A DNA stretch of 64,000 nucleotides, from assembly GCA_963663385.2 (NCBI GenBank), contig CAXXXD010000001.1, forward strand, positions 521,497 to 585,496. Direction: 5' to 3'. Of the stretch, positions 57,271 to 64,000 are shown piece by piece. Each line of letters opens with the position of its first letter. Positions within the stretch are counted from its first letter, which is position 1. The notes under the pieces are model-generated. The model was not told the origin of the DNA and ran no database searches. It saw nothing but the letters and a program-made list of their open reading frames with translations. Source of the stretch: Oceanispirochaeta sp. Lineage in GTDB: Bacteria > Spirochaetota > Spirochaetia > DSM-2461. Both the position numbers and the translations under genes were made by a program.

Positions 57271-58308
57271 TTATGAGCTTTGATTTTTTCCCTGAATCTG
57301 TTCCAGAGTGGAAAGAAGACCACAGGCTGCCTGAATATCCAGCCCCCGGGACCTCCGGATAGTCGTGGTAACACCCTTATTCTGCAGTTCCTTCTGAAAC
57401 TGTTCCATCCGTTCGCGGGATGATCCCTTCCAGGGCATACCGGGAACGGGGTGCCAGGCAATCAGGTTCACCCTGGCTTTAAGGCCATTAAGAATTCGTA
57501 CCAGTTCCCTGGCATGCTTAATGTCATCGTTGAAACCGTCCAGAAGAATATACTCGACAGAAAAGCGCCTCTGCCCTTTGAACTGTCCCGATTCCCGGAT
57601 GAGTTTCAGAACATCCATCAGGGGATACTTCAGTTCTACCGGCATTATCCGGGCCCTTTCCTCAGGAATGGGATTATGCAGGCTCAGTGCCAGATGGCAC
57701 TCGGATCTACTGATAAATTCTTCCAGTCCCGGAATAATTCCGACAGTTGAAACGGTGATTCGCCGGGGGCTCCAGGCCAGTCCCTTCCCGGATGTCAGAA
57801 TATCCAGGGAGCTTAAGACGTTCTCCGTATTATCCAGAGGTTCCCCCATACCCATATAGACCAGGTTCGTCAGGGATTTCCACTCGGGGATACTGTATAT
57901 CTGATTAAGGATTTCTCCGCTTGTCAGATCCGCCTGCAGTCCCTGCTTTCCTGTCATACAGAACTTGCACTGCCGGCGGCAACCGGCCTGGGAGGAGACA
58001 CACAGGGTGGCTCTGTCTTTGTCCGGAATATAGGCTGCTTCTATAAAATTCCCCGCAGCTTCAAACAGGTACTTCTTTGTTCCGTCCCTGCTGGTCGAGA
58101 CATTGGCAGGAGCTCTTTTTGTCAGGGTATACCCTTCTTCCAGAAGGGTACGGTTTTTTTTGGAGAGGTTTGTCATTTCTCCGATGGAACTGACATTCTT
58201 CTTATATAGCCAGTCTGCTATCTGACCGGCTGTAAAAACCGGGAATCCTTCAGCTGTTACAATCTTCTGCAATTCTTCGTAGGTTCTTCCCCACAGTTCT
58301 TTAATCAT
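57271..58308 (-). CDS. rlmN: 23S rRNA m2A2503 / tRNA methyltransferase RlmN
   Basis: CVSSQAGCRRQCKFCMTG, MGMGEP, SLH, EY, VNLI and DIQAACG. Confidence 0.95.
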   Translation of the reverse strand: MIKELWGRTYEELQKIVTAEGFPVFTAGQIADWLYKKNVSSIGEMTNLSKKNRTLLEEGYTLTKRAPANVSTSRDGTKKYLFEAAGNFIEAAYIPDKDRATLCVSSQAGCRRQCKFCMTGKQGLQADLTSGEILNQIYSIPEWKSLTNLVYMGMGEPLDNTENVLSSLDILTSGKGLAWSPRRITVSTVGIIPGLEEFISRSECHLALSLHNPIPEERARIMPVELKYPLMDVLKLIRESGQFKGQRRFSVEYILLDGFNDDIKHARELVRILNGLKARVNLIAWHPVPGMPWKGSSRERMEQFQKELQNKGVTTTIRRSRGLDIQAACGLLSTLEQIQGKNQSS

Positions 58309-58350
58309 GGAGCTAACCTACACCCCTGTCGTAAATTATGCAATATCAGA

Positions 58351-59283
58351 TTACTTCTGTCTGATAAGTCCTGACGTGTCTTCCGGAAGAATCCCGGCTT
58401 CTTTCAGATCATTCAGGAAACGTTTTCCGTCGCTGTAATAACCTGCCGTTTTCTTTATACCGGGCAGGCGGGTCTGCCAGTACCGGTTGAAACCGCACAT
58501 ACAGAGTTCCCGGAGGTATTTGGCAATCATGGATGCCAGAGCTGTTTCGAAACAGAAGGCGTCTCCTCCCACAAGAAAAGAAACCTCCGAGCCTCCCACA
58601 TCATAGAGGGAGCATTTTGCCGTTTCCTGCCTGGCTGTCAGCATTTTTCCCGGGAACAATTCAATCAGCCATTCTCCGTAATAACGTCGGCCGCCCTGAC
58701 GGTCCACTGTCAGCTTGCCTTTCGGGTAGAGTCCCTTTTCCATCAGGGGAGAGAGGATCTTCTGGCAGACTGCCGCTTTGTTTGTACTGTTGTCCAGGAG
58801 CCTGTTAAAGGCGGAAGGCGTGATTCTGCGGGCCTCAAACTCCTTCAGGATCAGCTGCTTTTTTTCGAGCTGACTATGCAGTTTATCACTTAATCGTTCA
58901 ATAACATCACGGCTTGCAGCAAGGGGAAGATCGAGACTGGAAATAAAGGGCTCCCAGGGGGAAGGTTCCTTATCCGGACCGTCCTGAGGGTGTTCTTTCA
59001 GAATCTCTTTCAGAAGGTCCCGACCCTTATCCGGCAGGCTGCCGTATTTTAGGCGGAAAAAACAGAGAACGGTCTGTTCCAGTTGGGTCAGTTTCCCCGG
59101 GGAGTAGATCTGCTTGCTGTCTCCTACAGCCAGTTTCCCCGGTTCCGGTGTCTCTCTCAGAACGGCATAGCAGAGTTTCCTTGGATCTCGTGGATCGCCC
59201 TTATACTCTATTGCCGCCAGACCGGCACAATAGGGGCCGAGTAGAGGCCCCAGTCCGGCCTCATCTACTCCTGATACAATCAA
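58351..59283 (-). CDS. Ribonuclease HII-like protein
   Basis: GVDEAGLGP..GP, DSK, VD, ALASMIAK..RE and GY. Confidence 0.75.
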   Translation of the reverse strand: MIVSGVDEAGLGPLLGPYCAGLAAIEYKGDPRDPRKLCYAVLRETPEPGKLAVGDSKQIYSPGKLTQLEQTVLCFFRLKYGSLPDKGRDLLKEILKEHPQDGPDKEPSPWEPFISSLDLPLAASRDVIERLSDKLHSQLEKKQLILKEFEARRITPSAFNRLLDNSTNKAAVCQKILSPLMEKGLYPKGKLTVDRQGGRRYYGEWLIELFPGKMLTARQETAKCSLYDVGGSEVSFLVGGDAFCFETALASMIAKYLRELCMCGFNRYWQTRLPGIKKTAGYYSDGKRFLNDLKEAGILPEDTSGLIRQK

Positions 59284-60950
59284 AAGTGAAAAATCCTTGA
59301 ACCATAGGGAGGCAGAATCAGATCCAGGGTCCCTGTCTTCATACCGGTCTTGCCCTCTTTGATGAAAGTCGCGCTGCGAACCATCCCGATCTGCTTCTGA
59401 ATATCAGAAAGATCCAGTGAAATGGTCTGTCTTTTTCTGGATAGATTGAATACTCCCAGGCGGCCTATGGTATTGAAAATCAGAGCCGGTGTTTTCTTTC
59501 CCGTATAACTCAGGGGAATCAGATCTCCTTTACAGAAGGGGCGAAAGGCATCCATGGTATGACGGATGTTTTCAAGTTCCTCAGTATCCAGGCTGGAATG
59601 ATCAATCCTGAGAGGCAGTATTCCTCCGGTAATTAGAATTAACTGCCGTATGGATTCCCGTATTTGAACAGGCAGGTTTTTCGCCTGGCTGCCCAGGGGA
59701 TAAAAACCCGGCTCATTCAGCCAGAGTCTTCTCTGGAAGGCTGCATTTTGGAGTCCTCTGCCCAGAACCTGATTAAAAAATTCCGTGTATTTTAATTCAG
59801 CTGCATTACCAGGGACGGTTGTAAGACTGGTGACAAATCCGAATCCGGGCAGGCAGGGGATCCCTTCACAACTGAGGGTTTCATTTTTCCCAATGATTTC
59901 TTTAAAAAAATGCAGGGTTTTTGTAAGAAGAAGGCCTGTCTCAATTGAATTATTTTTCCTGAAATGGGCCTGGTCCAGACAGGAAAGACCTTTCAGATGG
60001 AAACCTTTAAACCCCCATTGGTTCCGGAAGGTCTCCATTACATCCTCCAGATACGATCGGACTTCCGGGTTGGTAATATCCAGAAAAGGAAGGGGGTCTC
60101 CTTTCAGTGATTCCGCCAACCATTCCGGATGCTGTCTGTAAATCTCGGAATCTCTTGAGGTATTCAGAGGTGAAAAAGCCAGACAGGGGACCATCCCGCT
60201 GTGTTCAATCCTTCTGGTAAGGAAGCCCATCTTCCCTCTGAAATCCTTATGGACATTAAGGAGATCCCCCTCTACAGGATGCAGCCCATCCAGACGTACC
60301 TGATCATAGAAGAGTTTCTCCTGTTCCATAATCGCCAGGTTGCTTTCAACTGTTTTGAAACGGATCCCCCGGTTGAACTCATAGGGCAGGGACCAGACCA
60401 CTCTCTCGCTCTTCTCAAAGTTTAACGGATCCTTTTTTGAAATATCACTGGTCAGACGGTTGAGCAGTTCTTTTTTCGGACCGGTTCGTATATAGACTTT
60501 ATCCAGGGTTATGGGGTTCTCCGGAGTTAAGAGACAGTTAAAGGTCCATTTTATCTTTATTTGTCTGCGTCCCGGTTTATGAGAAAAGACAAGGATCTGT
60601 TTATAAGGTAACTTTCTGGCAATTATAGCAGATTCATCAGACTCCATGTCATAAATTGCCAGATAGGGAGATTCCGGCAATCCTGAATGAACGTGATTCC
60701 TTTTCTGTTTTTCCTTCAGATGAAACCGCAGGGTCAGGGTGCGGACAAATTCCTGCTCCCGTGTCAGAAGCTGCCCATTCAGGGTATCTTTCAGCCCGTT
60801 CAAGAGAAGATTAAAAGGAGGGATGTCAATATTTGATATGGAATTCCCTTTTGGCCAGGGGCAGCTTATTCGAGTGGTTCTTTCTCTTTCCGTCCCATAT
60901 TTCATGGTAAGATGAATTTTATTCTTTTCAATTCTGAAACTGCTTTTCAT
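59280..60950 (-). CDS. GH36/GH27-like TIM-barrel protein with degenerate catalytic motifs
   Basis: GD......F..KM, G..P.L.F.P, S.IYRQHPEWL, LDITNPEVR.Y, WGF.GF and WLNEP, which resemble alpha-galactosidases. Confidence 0.55.
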   Translation of the reverse strand: MKSSFRIEKNKIHLTMKYGTERERTTRISCPWPKGNSISNIDIPPFNLLLNGLKDTLNGQLLTREQEFVRTLTLRFHLKEKQKRNHVHSGLPESPYLAIYDMESDESAIIARKLPYKQILVFSHKPGRRQIKIKWTFNCLLTPENPITLDKVYIRTGPKKELLNRLTSDISKKDPLNFEKSERVVWSLPYEFNRGIRFKTVESNLAIMEQEKLFYDQVRLDGLHPVEGDLLNVHKDFRGKMGFLTRRIEHSGMVPCLAFSPLNTSRDSEIYRQHPEWLAESLKGDPLPFLDITNPEVRSYLEDVMETFRNQWGFKGFHLKGLSCLDQAHFRKNNSIETGLLLTKTLHFFKEIIGKNETLSCEGIPCLPGFGFVTSLTTVPGNAAELKYTEFFNQVLGRGLQNAAFQRRLWLNEPGFYPLGSQAKNLPVQIRESIRQLILITGGILPLRIDHSSLDTEELENIRHTMDAFRPFCKGDLIPLSYTGKKTPALIFNTIGRLGVFNLSRKRQTISLDLSDIQKQIGMVRSATFIKEGKTGMKTGTLDLILPPYGSRIFHF

Positions 60951-61045
60951 TGATTTTCTCTTCCGGTTCAGTTGTCAAATTTTAAACATCTTTAAACAAA
61001 TATAAACTTTTATTATCAATTTTAACAGAAATCTTCTTTTCCGGT

Positions 61046-63028
61046 TTATTTCTTTTTTCTTCTATCCTGGGAAACCTTGATCATATCCGCCAGCGTAACC
61101 GTATCTTTCGAGTCATCACTGTACTGTTTTATCAGTTTGTGGTTTAAAGCCTTTTCCTTCCGGGAGGGGCGCCGTGAATCATAAGGGTTTTTTTCCCCCT
61201 CCTGTTCTTCTTCATATCCGCAGGACAGGGCCAGGCAGGCTTGAATTATCTGACCTTTTTTCCCTTTTGTCTGAATCATGGGGCGCCCGCAGAAGGGGCA
61301 GGGGGTGCCTTCCGATTCTTTTGCTTCATACAGGAGAGAGCTGTTTTTTATATCGTCTACCAGACGGCATGTATGCTCCCTTATCTCTTTTCTGAAGGGG
61401 CCGCTTTTTCTTTTGCCTTCCGCAATAGCAGAGAACTCCTCCTCCCACCGGGCTGTAAGGTCAGGGGAATGGAGGATCCCCGGTGCCAGGTCCATCAGCT
61501 CTTCGCCTCTGCCGGTCGGATGGAGCTCTCTTCCCTTCCTTTCAATATAGTAGTGTTTTATCAGTTTCTCGATAATGTCAGCTCTGGTCGCAGGTGTACC
61601 CAGGCCGCCTTTCTTCAGGCTTTCCTGAAGAGTTTTATCTTTCAGATAGGGAGAAGGATTCTCCATCGCCGTAAGGAGGGACGCCTCCGTATACCGGGAG
61701 GGAGGAGCAGTCATCCCTTTTCTGGCCTGCAGGGATTTCAGTTCCAGCAGACTCCCCTTTTCCGGAAGGGTCTTTCCGAAATAAACGTTCCTGTTTTCCC
61801 CGTTTTCTTCATTATTCCGGGATTGCTCCACTTCCTTCCAGCCTCTCGATAGGGAACGTTTACCCTTTGCGGAGAACTTCTGATTCCCTGCTTCTATGGC
61901 AAGAGTAATGGATTCCGAGAGAGAGGGGGGGGACAGGACGGCCAGAAAACGGCGGGTTATCAGGTCCCACAGCATCTTCTCTTCAGGGTTTAGTCTTTCC
62001 AGCTGCACCGTTTCTTCTGTGGGAATGATGGCGTGGTGGTCTGTTACCCCTGCATCATTGATCAAGCGCTTTCCCGGATTGAGGGGACCGGCAGCAAGTC
62101 GGGAAGCGGTCTTGTTCCAGTGGGTATGCCTTAATGCATTCAGCCGGTCCGGCAGTGTCGATTGCATGTCTGAAGTGATATACCGGGAGTCTGTCCGGGG
62201 GTATGTGACAATTTTATGCCGTTCGTATAACCCCTGAAGAACCTGAAGGGTTTTCCGGGCTGAAAATCCCATTTGCTTATTGGCCTCCCGCTGGAGTTCT
62301 GTCAGATCATAAGCCAGAGGGGGAGCTTCCTTTACTTCCTTAATCGTGATATCGGAGACCTTATGTTCTATCCCCTTGAGCTTTTCCAGAACCGCCTCGG
62401 CTTTTTCATGGTCAATAAACCGGTTCTGTCCATTCTTTCCCTGCCACCAGGCCTGTAAACTGCCGTAGTCGGATTCGATTGTCCAGTAGGGTTCGGGGGT
62501 GAACCGGCGGATTTTCTTTTCCCGGTCTATGATAAGGGCCAGGGTTGGAGTCTGAACCCGTCCGGCCGTCAGTTTTGTATCGTATCTGCAGCTTAAGGCC
62601 CGGGAAACATTCAAACCGATCAGCCAGTCCGCTTCCGCCCGGCACTCTGCCGCATGCGAGAGGTTTTCATAATCTTTTCCCGGTTTCAGGTTTTTGAACC
62701 CCTCCCGGATGGCTTTATCGGTCTGGGAGCTGATCCACAGGCGTCTGATACTCCCCTTCCAGCCCCCGATCCGGAGGATCCAGCGGGCAACAAGCTCACC
62801 CTCCCGTCCGGCATCCGTGGCAATAATAACTTCCTGAACATCCTTTCTTTTGAGAAAAGTATGGATCTGCCGGAACTGTCCGGAGCTTTTACGGATAACC
62901 TGATGCTTCATCCGGTCCGGCAGCATGGGGAGGAGGTTCAGATCCCATTTCTGAAATTTTTCATCGTAAACGGAGGGTTCTGCCAGTTCAATCAGATGAC
63001 CCATCGCCCAGGTAACAATGTAGTCCTT
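61046..63028 (-). CDS. topB: DNA topoisomerase III, 5'-truncated
   Basis: DYIVTWAMGHL, ATDAGREGE, GRVQTPTL, TYPRTDS, DHHAIIPT and GLGTPATRA; the N-terminal AEKP segment is missing where the sequence switches at ~63030. Confidence 0.9.
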   Translation of the reverse strand, partial: KDYIVTWAMGHLIELAEPSVYDEKFQKWDLNLLPMLPDRMKHQVIRKSSGQFRQIHTFLKRKDVQEVIIATDAGREGELVARWILRIGGWKGSIRRLWISSQTDKAIREGFKNLKPGKDYENLSHAAECRAEADWLIGLNVSRALSCRYDTKLTAGRVQTPTLALIIDREKKIRRFTPEPYWTIESDYGSLQAWWQGKNGQNRFIDHEKAEAVLEKLKGIEHKVSDITIKEVKEAPPLAYDLTELQREANKQMGFSARKTLQVLQGLYERHKIVTYPRTDSRYITSDMQSTLPDRLNALRHTHWNKTASRLAAGPLNPGKRLINDAGVTDHHAIIPTEETVQLERLNPEEKMLWDLITRRFLAVLSPPSLSESITLAIEAGNQKFSAKGKRSLSRGWKEVEQSRNNEENGENRNVYFGKTLPEKGSLLELKSLQARKGMTAPPSRYTEASLLTAMENPSPYLKDKTLQESLKKGGLGTPATRADIIEKLIKHYYIERKGRELHPTGRGEELMDLAPGILHSPDLTARWEEEFSAIAEGKRKSGPFRKEIREHTCRLVDDIKNSSLLYEAKESEGTPCPFCGRPMIQTKGKKGQIIQACLALSCGYEEEQEGEKNPYDSRRPSRKEKALNHKLIKQYSDDSKDTVTLADMIKVSQDRRKKK

Positions 63029-63030
63029 AG

Positions 63031-64000
63031 GCTGAGAAGGACAATATGAAATACACTCGGGACTATAAACGGATTTCCCAGCAATTCAGTGTTCTGCAGA
63101 AAAAATTTCAACACTTCCAGAAGGCAGACCAACTCCGATACGAAGAAATAAAGGCTATGAACGAAGCTGAAGTCAAATCCATGATGCAAAAAATAATTAA
63201 GGCCGACAAAGTTATACACATGCAGCAATTGGGAATTTCCTATACACACCCTCCAGAATATATTGTAAATTATTTGGAAGGTCACGGCTCTGCAATGGGG
63301 ATGACTGGAGGTATACATGAAACTTCTTCCATTATTGAAGGAAGTCGAGCTGCAGGAAGAAGTGAAGGAGGGGAAGATCAGTCTGTGATGACCAGGAATC
63401 TAGAAGAGAGGGTTCCGATTGCCAGAATTAATGCAGTTTTCCAGGTGATTATTCAGGAAACCGGTTTTCTGATTGACTCCCAAATGAGAGAGCAAATCCG
63501 AAACGCTTCTTCCAAGGAAAGATATGCGTTGCAAGTGGAAGCAATGTGCAGTGCATTGAGCATAGAAAAAGGGGATATTGAATTGTTGGTCAATACATTT
63601 TATGAAAGTGCAATCCAGCCCTCTTTTATGGACTCTCAGTTGAAATTGGATGAAGAGCTGAAAGAAGAAGAGAAAAAAGAGGATCTGGAGGAGAAGAAAG
63701 ATCCAGACATGATGGATATCGAAGACCCCGAAGACAAACTAACTATTGACCCAGACAGTGTAATTGAAATTTTGGATAAATTCATGACCAAGAGAAGACA
63801 GAGAATGGAGCTGCCCGAGATGGGCACTGGAGTTCAGAAACGGAAGAAGAAGAATATGGAAAGCGAAACAGAGCAGATTGAGAAAGCGCGAAAAAGAGAT
63901 AGAGAACACTGGGAAAAACTCTCATTGGTATTGGACGAAGCCAAGCTCAATTTGTGGAATGCTCTGTATAATTCTTTAAGCAAATACTATGGACTACTGC
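63031..64000 (+). CDS. Fragment of eukaryotic-type dynein regulatory complex subunit DRC1 (CCDC164)-like coiled-coil protein; open to the window end
   Basis: 323 stop-free codons: DNMKYTRDYKRISQQFSVLQKKFQHFQKAD..YEEIKAMNEAEVK..QKIIKADKVIHMQQLG..P, ETGFLID and HWEKLSLVLDE.KLNLWNALYNSLSKYYGLL. Confidence 0.75.

Overview
Bases 1 to about 63,030 are bacterial, probably a free-living spirochaete. This is inferred from a Spirochaetales-style 'AGGQKD' binding-protein N-terminus and from gene content. In order, the window holds: a TctA transporter, sulfatase and AraR-type regulator; rpsU; a complete IS21-family element (4269-6499, 5-bp target duplication CAAAC); an HTH regulator with an APC permease-PTS EIIA fusion; an IS110/IS1111-type element inserted exactly at the Shine-Dalgarno AGGAG of an alpha/beta hydrolase gene, with a structured leader that looks like a bridge RNA; a MATE remnant; a cobalamin-riboswitch operon (FMN-binding/SBP fusion, FecCD-type ABC transporter, cbiK, TrmO-like gene); a long minus-strand run (yqeC, yqeB, cysteine desulfurase-like, selD, DUF3343, yedF, sbcD, sbcC, SGNH, ROK); housekeeping genes; three tandem Wzi-like outer-membrane proteins next to a teichoic-acid-type locus (flippase, tagD, two TagF-like, NTP-transferase, two LicD); tRNA-Leu(CAA); lipid genes, rlmN and a 5'-truncated topB. 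From about 63,031 the sequence switches abruptly to an open frame resembling eukaryotic DRC1 (dynein regulatory complex), most likely a contig join or contamination. A 75-bp REP-like palindromic element occurs translated in-frame inside yedF and also supplies the C-terminus of another gene. All protein calls come from motif recognition, not database searches.
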